NCBI GenBank assembly: GCA_963736855.1
Contig: CAVTQK010000009.1
Coordinates: forward strand, 256,001 to 320,000
Source of the DNA: an uncultured delta proteobacterium
GTDB taxonomy: Bacteria; Desulfobacterota; Desulfobacteria; Desulfobacterales; UBA2156
DNA: 64,000 nt
Direction of reading: 5' to 3'
The position numbers and the translations under genes were made by a program. Below, piece by piece: positions 43,635 to 52,835 of the stretch; within the stretch, counting starts at the first letter, position 1; every line of letters begins with the position of its first letter. The notes beneath the pieces were generated by a model. It worked only from the letters and a program-made list of their open reading frames with translations. It was not told where the DNA came from and ran no database searches.

Positions 43635-44618
43635 ATGCCTGAGATGTCCATGGGACAAGCAATAAATGCCGCTTTAACCCTTGCCATGCAGGGGGATGAT
43701 CGGGTTTTTCTGGCCGGAGAGGGGGTGGGAGTTTCCATCCACCAGGATCCCAACATGCCCACCCATGGTCTTCTGGAAAAGTTCGGCCCCCGGCGGGTCA
43801 AGGATACGCCCGTCAGCGAAGCGGCCATTGCCGGACTGGCCGTAGGGGCTTCAGTCATGGGGCTGCACCCGGTGGTTGAAATCATGTTTTTCCCCTTCAT
43901 CACCCTGGCCAGCGATATGCTGGTCAATCATGCCGGAAAGCTGCGCTATATGAGCGGCGGCAAATCCAGCTTTCCCCTGACGGTGCGTGTCAAAGCCGGG
44001 GTCGGCTTCGGCGCCGGCAGTCAGCATTCCCACAACCTGGAGGCCTGGATCGCCCACAGCCCGGGACTGAAGCTGGTCTGGCCGGCAACACCCCACGATG
44101 CCAAGGGGCTCCTGCTCAGCGCCATTTTCGACCCTGACCCGGTGATCCTGGTTGAAGATATGATGTTGTACTGGATAAGAGGCGATGTTCCGGAAGGGGA
44201 TTACCGTATCCCGATCGGTCAAGCCCGGCAGGTAGCCGAGGGAACCGACTGCACCGTGGTCGCTTACGGTGCCGCCCTGTATACGGCATTAAAAGGCGTC
44301 CAGGCTTTGGCCGTCGAGGGCATAACTTGTGACATCATCGATCTGCGCAGCCTAGTGCCCCTGGACAAGGCCTGTCTGTTGCGTTCGGTGCGCAAGACCG
44401 GTCGTCTGGTAGTGGTGCATGAAGCCAATCGGTTCTGTGGCTACGGCGCCGAGCTGTCTGCCATAGCCGCCGAAGAAGCATTCAGGGACCTCAAGGGTCC
44501 CATCCAGCGGGTGGCCGCACCCCAGATCCCGGTACCGTGTTCTCCGCCTCAGGAGCAATTTTACAAGCCGAGCGCCGAGAGTGTGGCGGAAGCGATCCGT
44601 GCTGCCATCCGGGGATGA
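43635..44618 (+). CDS. TPP-dependent dehydrogenase E1 beta subunit
   Basis: DTPVSEAAIAG, PVVEIMF, GSQHS, DAKGLL, IDLRSLVPLD and KTGRLVVVHE. Confidence 0.93.
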   Translation: MPEMSMGQAINAALTLAMQGDDRVFLAGEGVGVSIHQDPNMPTHGLLEKFGPRRVKDTPVSEAAIAGLAVGASVMGLHPVVEIMFFPFITLASDMLVNHAGKLRYMSGGKSSFPLTVRVKAGVGFGAGSQHSHNLEAWIAHSPGLKLVWPATPHDAKGLLLSAIFDPDPVILVEDMMLYWIRGDVPEGDYRIPIGQARQVAEGTDCTVVAYGAALYTALKGVQALAVEGITCDIIDLRSLVPLDKACLLRSVRKTGRLVVVHEANRFCGYGAELSAIAAEEAFRDLKGPIQRVAAPQIPVPCSPPQEQFYKPSAESVAEAIRAAIRG

Positions 44619-44746
44619 TGCCGGATAGACTCGCTGGATCAGACGCGACCCATTTTTCCGGCGCCGTCACCCGCCTTGCGATGAAGTTCTGCCGGATCGC
44701 TCATTCCTTTTTAATCGACCATGTTATATGCTTCAGTATCAAAGTT

Positions 44747-44936
44747 GAGGTCTTCGTAAAAAGCTTTTGCAAGCGAGATTTGAGCATTTTCGGAAAAAGA
44801 AATGCGAACGGCTGAGCGTTAATAATTTCAAGCTGTTTGAGGCGCTTGCGTCGAGTTCTTGAAGTTTAGAGAAGCCGTGAGCATCTCCCGAAAATGGTCA
44901 CGAAGCGCGCAAAAATAGCTTTTTTACGATTTCGTC
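44747..44936. mobile_element. MITE-like palindromic element (190 bp) flanked by AAAGTT direct repeats
   Basis: Ends GAGGTCTTCGTAAAAAGC and GCTTTTTTACGATTTCGTC. Internal arms CATTTTCGG/CCGAAAATG, ACGGCT/AGCCGT and TTCAAG/CTTGAA. AAAGTT at 44741-44746 and 44937-44942. Confidence 0.7.
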
Positions 44937-44998
44937 AAAGTTAAAAAACGCTTCGGTGCTGTCAGCATAAGAGCGGTGCCCAAAGCAGCCCTTAACCT

Positions 44999-45215
44999 TT
45001 ACTTCTTGACCAGTTCCACCCGCCGATTTTTAGCGCGGCCCTCTTCGGTCTTGTTGTCGGCGATGGGTCTTTTTTCTCCAAAGCCTGCGGCTGACAATCT
45101 TTGCTGGGCGATGCCCTGGGCTACGATGACCTGCACCACCGCTTCTGCCCTTTGCTTGGAGAGCTTCGGGTTGGCATCGTCGGCGCCCACATCGTCGGTG
45201 TGGCCCTCCCACCAG
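44999..45215 (-). pseudogene. OmpA-like peptidoglycan-binding domain remnant
   Basis: EGHTDDVG...LSKQRAEAV...GFGEKRPIADNKTEEGRAKNRRVE. No N-terminal part or RBS; AT-rich sequence upstream. Confidence 0.8.
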
Positions 45216-45348
45216 GATATTCAGAAAAAACCCGAATCGGGCGATTCTGCAGCTTTCTTTATAATAATAAAAAACGACGATACGGCCGAAGTGGATCGTA
45301 TCACAGGAATTGCAGAAAAAAAGATGGCTTGATTTGAGGGGGGTCAAA

Positions 45349-45702
45349 CTACTCCCCGGTCAGGCCGTCGACATCGTGACCGGCCTTCCGATAATCCTCG
45401 ATGGCCCGGGCTTTCAATCCGGCATCTTTTGTTTTTTCGGCACAGGTGTCCGCCATTTCGGCCGCATGGCTCCACATGCCGGCTTGTTCATAGTCCCGAA
45501 TTTTTCTTTCGTTTTGTTTAATCGCTTCCGAGGTCTCCATGACAACACCCAGGCATCGAGAAATGAGTTTTTTAACTTCGGTTCCGCATGCCGGACATCG
45601 ACCCAGCGGGCGTTCCTCTATGCCTTGGATGATCTCAAACGCCTTACGGCAATGGGAACAGCCCTTGTCGGGATTAATGGCCTGGTATTCGTAGATCGGC
45701 AC
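45349..45702 (-). CDS. FmdB-family zinc-ribbon protein with helical C-terminal extension
   Basis: GTG start after GAGGAAG. PIYEYQ...CSHC...CPACG...KKLIS. Confidence 0.8.
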   Translation of the reverse strand: MPIYEYQAINPDKGCSHCRKAFEIIQGIEERPLGRCPACGTEVKKLISRCLGVVMETSEAIKQNERKIRDYEQAGMWSHAAEMADTCAEKTKDAGLKARAIEDYRKAGHDVDGLTGE

Positions 45703-45911
45703 AATCGTCTTCCTCGGCATCGTCATTCAAAAAATCGACTCGGCAATGAGACCGGTGATCCGGCAATCCCCAAAAAAATATAGTCCATGAAAATCACGGG
45801 ATCAAGGATCTTTCTACAATCAACATGCTTGAAATATCAGACCGCTGTTGCTATGATTTCGGTCATTGGTGACCTTTAATCGCCTCATTTTTTCCCGATC
45901 CGGAGTTTATT

Positions 45912-48900
45912 ATGGTCCATTCCAAAGCCCTGGAAATCAACCTGGCCGACTATCACGTCGATGTGAAGATGGATCCAAAGTATCAGGTCGTTCAAGAGAT
46001 CATGGAACGATACTATGGGTTGGCTGAAGGACTTAACACTTTTCTCAAAGAAATCTCCCATCCTTACCGAAACTGGCAATTCATCGTCACAGAGGCCAGA
46101 ACATATGCCCTCGACTATTTCCACATCTTCAAAAGCCATCCGAAAGGTGCTGAGGGTGCACACCTTTTCATCGAAATCTTCTTGAATGCCATAACGCAGT
46201 CCAATAATCCCGAAGTTCATCTGGATGCCACGGACAACCTCTTATTATATTTACAAAAGATCATCAAAGATGCCGGACCGGAAATTCCCCGATTTCTTCC
46301 GGTGGTTCAATCGGCCTTCAAAAAAATCAGGGAGCTTGACGACAAGACTTTTTTCCTGTTCGTGAAGAGCTATTACCCTTTAAAAAAACATGGGGAATTT
46401 TTACTTAAATATCCGGAAGAAACGATCGGCGACCCCAGAGAAACCTGCCTACTGTTGCATCGATATTTCGAACAGACCTATGCCTACTGGTTGAGCGAAC
46501 CGGACCCGGAAGCGCTATTTGAAAAAGAACTCCAGGAGGATCAACCCCCGAAAGACTTATCGCATCTTTTTAATGAAGTATCTCATGCCCGCCTCCGGGA
46601 GCTTGCAGACCGGTCGAATACTCTATGTGATCCGAATTCAATAAACTTCAGGGATCAGATAGGTCAACACCTCACCCTTCCGGGATTCAACCAGATCGCC
46701 GAAGCTTACCGCAACATCCCAAGACGCCTCCAGGAGGCCGGTGCTTCCAAGGGATGGGGAAACAGATGGAAATTGATCTTTTTATTCCAGATCATGAACA
46801 TTCCAGGGCTTTCCAACGCCCATGAAGAAACTTTACGGGAAATCAACCAGACTGTCGGGCACCTCATCCAACACGAGAAGGGATGGAATCTCGAAAAGCT
46901 CATCCGTCAGACATTTGCCCTCCTGAAGGACAGCATCGAAAAGTATCCATCGGCCGCCCTTAACGGCATTTTGAACATGGGAAAAGGGGTTTATCAAACC
47001 GACGATCCGGGACTCATCCGATACTTTATCGATTCCGTCATCGACCTTGAATTCCAAACCCCCGGCATTTCAGGGGTTGGAAACGACTGGCAGATTCAAT
47101 CCAACAGCGCTCACCTTCTCAATATCCGAACTTGGCTGGAGCTTATCGAACTCAATCCGAAACGATCGGTCCGGCTCCTTTCCAGCCTGGCGAGCTACCT
47201 GGCCCTTTGCGGAGTCTTCATCAAGGATACGGATCTTTTTTCCCGGGACATTACCCGGCTTTTAAATTCGGACATCCGGCCGGTGTATAATCTGGTTAAA
47301 CAAACAACCCGCCTGATGCCGGTCTTCTTCAATGATATCGGTGCGGAAGGAATCCTCCGCGACATCTCCACGGAGATCGACGAACTGTCCCATAGAAAAG
47401 ACATACTGATTCATTTCTTGAGAAAACAAAGCCATGTGGAAAGCAGCAACCAGGTCATCGAATTCATCAAAGCGGTTTTCCAATTTTGGGCAACCCGGGA
47501 CAAGGAATGCCTGAAGCCGTTTCTCCCGCCCAGCATCTACGAACAGGTCGAAGAAAAAGGGATCTATGTCGATGGATTCCATCGCATCATGACCACCCTT
47601 GAAAAGGAAAAGAATGCTTCTGCTGAAAATCTCCTCTTACTTGAAGATGCGCGGCTGGAAGATGTCCTGAGGCAGGTTCCGCAGGTATCGGATATGGACC
47701 GACGACGATTCCGCCTGGCCATCGATTTTTATCGCCTGCTGATTCAGAAATACAGCTTCAATTTCATCGAATTCGATCGATATTTATCCCGTCTCAATGA
47801 TGAATCGCTTCCGGATATCAACCGGCTTAAAAATGCCCTGACCGAAACCAGTTTGAAGAAAAAGCTTTTTGGACTTTTAGAATACCTCGAATTACTCAAA
47901 GGCGTTATTTTGTCCGGAAAAACTTATGATGCCAAAGAGGACATTTATAAGAAACGCCATTTTACCGTGGACATCCCTTCCACTTACGGCAGCTACAGGG
48001 AACCGAAATTCGATGCTCTAGGCCTTTCTTTCAGGCTGGAAAGCCTGGTGAACACGCTTTTTGAAGAGATTATCCATCAATTCGACTTCAGCCTTATCAC
48101 CAAGGCTACTTTTTACCAGATCTTCGATGTATTGCTCCTTTTAGAAAAAGCCTTGAAACTGGATGGCATCTCTTCCCTGGAAATGGAACGCCATCTGGAC
48201 CTCATTTATCATTCTCTAGAAGTGAAAGGATTCACCTTCACCCAGTACATGGATATCTTTAAAGGCCTTTCCCAGACGGTCTCCAACGTGATTCACGATT
48301 ATTTCAACACGGTTTATGAGCAAAGCCTGAATCGTGTTTTAGCGCGGCTGCCGATGGATCAGATCCTTTCAAAATACCTGGCTGCAGACAAGGATCCAAA
48401 TTTCGAAAATACCAAACACCGGGTTTTTGAAATCTTTTTCCGGGATCGAATCGCGCTCTCTCCGGGTCTCCAGCAACTGGATCTTTTCATCAGCCGCATC
48501 TTGAGCACTCTCTTCCATCAGGCCAATCAGTTGCCTAAAGAAAAATTGCATCAGCTGCTTCTTTATGATCCCGAACGGGCCATGATGTCCATTAATAAGG
48601 CCAAGAGCCGCGTTTTAGGAGTCATATACCTGGGAAATAAAGGCTTCAATCTGGTCAAACTCCATAATCTCGGGTTCCCGGTCCCTCCCGGATTCATCGT
48701 CACCACAGAAGCGTTTCGTTTCAGGGAAGTTGTCAGCGGATTTCCCCCGGCAGCCAAGAATCTGAAAGAACAACTCCGCCTGCACCTGAGGTATTTGCAA
48801 CGACTTGCCGGAAAAACGTTTGGGGACCCCAAAAATCCTCTTCTCCTTTCCGTGAGAAGCGGGTCATCCATTTCCCAGCCCGGGATGATGGACACCTTCC

Positions 48901-50090
48901 TGAATGTGGGAATGAATGAAGAGATCGCCGTAGGAGTCGCGGCAAAAACCGAAAATCCATGGTTTGCCTGGGACAATTATAGACGCTTCCTGCAGTGTTA
49001 CGGCATGTCTTTCGGAATGGACCGGGACGATTTCGATGCCATCATCAACAGCTTCAAGCAATATCTGGGAATCCCTTTTAAACGCAACTTCAGCGGGGAT
49101 CAGATGCGCCTGGTGGCCCTGGCCTATAAAAAAACGATTCTGGATATCGGGATCAAAATTGCCGAAGACCCCTTCGAACAATTACTGGTCACCATCCAGC
49201 GGGTGTTCGATTCGTGGGATTCCCATAAAGCCAAAGCCTATCGCAGGATATTGGGGATTTCGGACGACTGGGGGACCGCCGTCACGATCCAGGCTATGGT
49301 CTTCGGCAACCTGTCCGGCAATTCCGGAACCGGCGTCCTGTTCACTCACAATCCCCGATGGTCCGGGGAAACCCTCGGACTCTGGGGAGACTTCACGACC
49401 CAGAACCAGGGCGAAGATGTGGCCCTGGGATTGGTGAGGACCCTTCCCATATCCATCCGCCAGCAGGATACGGAGCTGCGAGATACCGATATCACCCTGG
49501 AAACCCATTTCCCGAAAATCTATCAAACCCTGGAACACAGCGCCAACGATTTGATCGACAAAAAAGGCTGGGGACCGCAAGAAATCGAATTCACCTTTGA
49601 ATCCCCATCTCCAAAGGATCTGTATCTTCTGCAGGCCAGGGAAATGTTTGTCCGTGAACGGACCGAAGCCTTTTCTTTTAACTTTTCCCAAATTTCAGAA
49701 GATCGATACCTGGGACATGGCCTTGGCGCCGGGGGCGGCGCCATGACCGGCAGAGCGGTGTTCAGCCTGGAAGATATCGATTCCTGGAGACGATCGGAAC
49801 CGGACACCCATCTGATTTTAATCCGATCCGACACGGTTCCCGATGATATCCGCGAAATTCACGCCGCCGACGGTCTGTTGACGGGACGGGGCGGGGTGAG
49901 TTCCCATGCTGCCGTCGTGGCCTATCGTCTCGGAAAGACCTGCGTGGTGGGATGCGACGCCTTGACCTGTTATGAAAAGGAAAAGGAGTGCCGCCTGAAC
50001 CAGAACCTCATCCGGTCCGGAGACTTTATCAGCATCGACGGCCGGGAAGGTTCGGTATATAAAGGGCTGATCCCCGTGATGAAGAATTAG
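45912..50090 (+). CDS. PPDK-like protein: ~900-aa unknown N-terminal domain, nucleotide-binding domain, His swivel domain (no pyruvate-binding barrel)
   Basis: LGNKGFNL (~aa 907), PVPPGF, SVRSG, PGMMDT, QAMVFGN, QGEDV, IEFT, LLQAR and GGVSSHAAVVA (His ~1332). The protein ends 60 aa later. Confidence 0.85.
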   Translation: MVHSKALEINLADYHVDVKMDPKYQVVQEIMERYYGLAEGLNTFLKEISHPYRNWQFIVTEARTYALDYFHIFKSHPKGAEGAHLFIEIFLNAITQSNNPEVHLDATDNLLLYLQKIIKDAGPEIPRFLPVVQSAFKKIRELDDKTFFLFVKSYYPLKKHGEFLLKYPEETIGDPRETCLLLHRYFEQTYAYWLSEPDPEALFEKELQEDQPPKDLSHLFNEVSHARLRELADRSNTLCDPNSINFRDQIGQHLTLPGFNQIAEAYRNIPRRLQEAGASKGWGNRWKLIFLFQIMNIPGLSNAHEETLREINQTVGHLIQHEKGWNLEKLIRQTFALLKDSIEKYPSAALNGILNMGKGVYQTDDPGLIRYFIDSVIDLEFQTPGISGVGNDWQIQSNSAHLLNIRTWLELIELNPKRSVRLLSSLASYLALCGVFIKDTDLFSRDITRLLNSDIRPVYNLVKQTTRLMPVFFNDIGAEGILRDISTEIDELSHRKDILIHFLRKQSHVESSNQVIEFIKAVFQFWATRDKECLKPFLPPSIYEQVEEKGIYVDGFHRIMTTLEKEKNASAENLLLLEDARLEDVLRQVPQVSDMDRRRFRLAIDFYRLLIQKYSFNFIEFDRYLSRLNDESLPDINRLKNALTETSLKKKLFGLLEYLELLKGVILSGKTYDAKEDIYKKRHFTVDIPSTYGSYREPKFDALGLSFRLESLVNTLFEEIIHQFDFSLITKATFYQIFDVLLLLEKALKLDGISSLEMERHLDLIYHSLEVKGFTFTQYMDIFKGLSQTVSNVIHDYFNTVYEQSLNRVLARLPMDQILSKYLAADKDPNFENTKHRVFEIFFRDRIALSPGLQQLDLFISRILSTLFHQANQLPKEKLHQLLLYDPERAMMSINKAKSRVLGVIYLGNKGFNLVKLHNLGFPVPPGFIVTTEAFRFREVVSGFPPAAKNLKEQLRLHLRYLQRLAGKTFGDPKNPLLLSVRSGSSISQPGMMDTFLNVGMNEEIAVGVAAKTENPWFAWDNYRRFLQCYGMSFGMDRDDFDAIINSFKQYLGIPFKRNFSGDQMRLVALAYKKTILDIGIKIAEDPFEQLLVTIQRVFDSWDSHKAKAYRRILGISDDWGTAVTIQAMVFGNLSGNSGTGVLFTHNPRWSGETLGLWGDFTTQNQGEDVALGLVRTLPISIRQQDTELRDTDITLETHFPKIYQTLEHSANDLIDKKGWGPQEIEFTFESPSPKDLYLLQAREMFVRERTEAFSFNFSQISEDRYLGHGLGAGGGAMTGRAVFSLEDIDSWRRSEPDTHLILIRSDTVPDDIREIHAADGLLTGRGGVSSHAAVVAYRLGKTCVVGCDALTCYEKEKECRLNQNLIRSGDFISIDGREGSVYKGLIPVMKN

Positions 50091-50160
50091 CCTTCTTTAA
50101 AAGGACTGGTTTTTTTCATCGGTACTGGGTTTGAAAAACAGAGCAGGAGGAATGACGACA

Positions 50161-51411
50161 ATGCAGGATTCTCAAGTTCTGAAACTCGGCATCAACGGCC
50201 TTGGGAGAATCGGAAAGCTGACCTTGTGGGATCAAATCGGCCGCAAGCACTTTAAAGAGCTGGTCATCAACATCGGGAGGCCGGCTGGTACATCCTTGCA
50301 GGATATCGCCCATTACGTGGAACGGGACTCCACTTACGGTATGTTACACACCCGGCTTTACGGCCGCAACGCCAAATCGCTCATCACACACATCGACGAC
50401 ACTTCGGGGACTTTGCGTATCGATGGCATCCGGATCACTTTCCTTCGAACCCACCGAAATCCGGCCGATATCGATTGGCAAAAGCATGGAGTCCGATTGG
50501 TGGTGGACACCACCGGACAATTCTTGGACCCGTCCCTTACCGACGATCATTCCAAGGGGTCCGTACGCGGGCACCTCCAGGCAGGTGCAGAGAAAGTGAT
50601 CGTTTCCGCTCCTTTCAAGATCAAGGACAAAGGAAAAGGGATGCCGGAAGACAGCGTGACTACGGTCATGGGAATCAACCATCATGCCTATGATCCGAGG
50701 CACCACCGAATCATCTCAAACGCTTCCTGCACTACCACATGCCTGGCCCACATGATCAAACCGATCCTGGATCATTTCGGGCCCAGGAAGCTCTTGTCCG
50801 CCTCAATGGCCACGGTTCATGCAGCCACAGGTTCCCAGGAGGTTCTCGATCGTCTTCCCAAGGCCGAAAAGACGGATCTGCGTAAAAACCGCAGCATTAT
50901 GAACAACATCATCTTAACCACCACCGGGGCCGCCAAGACACTGGGCCTGGTGATTCCGGAGATGCAACGCATCGGCATCATCGCCGAATCGGTGCGCATT
51001 CCCACATCCGCGGGATCTCTGATCATCCTGGTCATGAATCTGCAGGAAGACATCTCCGGAAACGCCATCCGCAAAGAGCGGATCAACAATATCTATCGAC
51101 AGGCCTCAGAATCCGATCCGAAGGGGTATCTTCATTATACGGAAGACCAAAACGTATCCTGCGACATCATCGGCTACCCGACTGCTGCTGCCATCATCGA
51201 GGGACATGAAACTCATACACGAACCGCCGAAGTTGCCATTGATTTAGAGACGGTCCCTGGGCTTGATGCAAAGATCTTCTCCTCCCTCCCGGACCATCAG
51301 ATCCGGATTCCCGTGACCCAGGTCGTGGCGTACGGCTGGTACGATAACGAAATGGGAAGTTACGTCCACATGCTGGGCGACCGGATTATTTCCATAGCAG
51401 AGGATCTATAA
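50161..51411 (+). CDS. gap: Type I glyceraldehyde-3-phosphate dehydrogenase (divergent)
   Basis: GINGLGRIG, DSTYG, SAP, NASCTTTCLA, TVHA, TTGAAK and WYDNE. RBS AGGAGG 10 nt before ATG 50161. Confidence 0.9.
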   Translation: MQDSQVLKLGINGLGRIGKLTLWDQIGRKHFKELVINIGRPAGTSLQDIAHYVERDSTYGMLHTRLYGRNAKSLITHIDDTSGTLRIDGIRITFLRTHRNPADIDWQKHGVRLVVDTTGQFLDPSLTDDHSKGSVRGHLQAGAEKVIVSAPFKIKDKGKGMPEDSVTTVMGINHHAYDPRHHRIISNASCTTTCLAHMIKPILDHFGPRKLLSASMATVHAATGSQEVLDRLPKAEKTDLRKNRSIMNNIILTTTGAAKTLGLVIPEMQRIGIIAESVRIPTSAGSLIILVMNLQEDISGNAIRKERINNIYRQASESDPKGYLHYTEDQNVSCDIIGYPTAAAIIEGHETHTRTAEVAIDLETVPGLDAKIFSSLPDHQIRIPVTQVVAYGWYDNEMGSYVHMLGDRIISIAEDL

Positions 51412-51588
51412 TCGAACGTTTTGATTTGTCGAAACATCTTTAAATCCTCAAACCCGGCCAAAAGATAACATCCGGGCCAACGCTCAATTTCACAGGATCG
51501 TGGCAGGGAATCTGCTCTCTCGATTGATGCGATATCCGGGGCAATACATAACTTTAGGAAGCGGAAGCTTTCTTCCCGGAGCACATCC

Positions 51589-52827
51589 ATGACCACCGAA
51601 CCCCATAAAGGAGAAGCCGGTTCCGATACCCTCCGTAAAAATGGAGAAAAGGACTCGACGCTGTCGAGTTCCGTATGGAACCGGGAAATCGTCTTGCTTT
51701 TTGCCGTTGTTTTCCTTGCCTATGCAAATATCTCTGTCTTCTTCAGCTTCTATGAATACCTCCGGACCCTGCCCATCGACCCCAAATGGTTCGGCCTCCT
51801 CATCGGTGCGTACTCGGCCATATCGCTCGTGGTGCGGCCCGTGGTAAGCCCTTTTTTCCATTCCGGCAACGCTCGGCGCTTCCTGTATGCAGGAACGGTC
51901 ATGGCCATGGCCGCTTTGTCTTTCTACAGCCTGACTTCCGGCTTTATCAGCATGCTCCTTGCGAGATGCTTCCATGGAATTGCTTTCGTCGTCATGGGTG
52001 CCGCCCTAACGGCCTTGATGATCGACCATATCCCAAAGGGCAGAAGCGCCCAGGTGTTCGGACTCATGGGCATCGTCACGCTCCTTCCTAATACCGTGGT
52101 CCCTCCCATGCTTCCCTTCCTGGAAAGTCTCCTGGGCGGGTTTCCCCGAGTCCTCCTCTTTTTTGCCGGAGTCACCCTCTTGGTATTCCCTTTCATCCAC
52201 GGGATGTCTCCCTCTTTGCCGAGTAAGGGGACATCTTCTGTTCGAAGTTCCCTGAAAGCAAGAGACATCCGCGAGGACCTTGGCAACCCCGCCGTTTTGC
52301 TCCTTCTTGGGGCCATGCTATTTTTCTATTGCAGTCAGGCCCTGATCTTCTTCTTCCTCGATCCCTTTGGTAGCAGTGTGGGGATAAGAAGCACGGGCCT
52401 CTTTCTGACCCTTGCTACAGCGGGTGAGATCGGGATTCGGATTGCGGCGGGAAATCTCTTTGATCGAGCGGACAAGGTGCGTCTGGTGGCATGGACCACG
52501 GCAGGGCTTGCCGCAGCCTGTGTCCTTCTGGGTCATGCGCGAAACGAGGTGGGCTTCTTTGCCCTGGGTGTGGCCTTCGGCCTGGGATGGGGGATCGCCA
52601 TGCCGGTCTTCGGCAGCCTCATGTTCGACCTGTCCCCGGCCCGGTTCCGAGCTTTCAACACAAACCTGGGGATGCAGATGTTCCAGGCCGGATATTTCCT
52701 GGGGCCATTCATGGGTGCTTCGGTGATTGCCCGTTGGGGCTTTGTCGCCTTGTTCTACTTCTGCGCGGTGTTCAGTTTAGCATCCTCCTGTTTGGCCTTC
52801 CTTTTGGAATGGAGGATGCGCAGATGA
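51589..52827 (+). CDS. MFS transporter
   Basis: About 12 TM helices, with LLARCFHGIAF and GNLFDRADK motifs. Confidence 0.9.
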   Translation: MTTEPHKGEAGSDTLRKNGEKDSTLSSSVWNREIVLLFAVVFLAYANISVFFSFYEYLRTLPIDPKWFGLLIGAYSAISLVVRPVVSPFFHSGNARRFLYAGTVMAMAALSFYSLTSGFISMLLARCFHGIAFVVMGAALTALMIDHIPKGRSAQVFGLMGIVTLLPNTVVPPMLPFLESLLGGFPRVLLFFAGVTLLVFPFIHGMSPSLPSKGTSSVRSSLKARDIREDLGNPAVLLLLGAMLFFYCSQALIFFFLDPFGSSVGIRSTGLFLTLATAGEIGIRIAAGNLFDRADKVRLVAWTTAGLAAACVLLGHARNEVGFFALGVAFGLGWGIAMPVFGSLMFDLSPARFRAFNTNLGMQMFQAGYFLGPFMGASVIARWGFVALFYFCAVFSLASSCLAFLLEWRMRR

Positions 52828-52835
52828 ATCACCCG

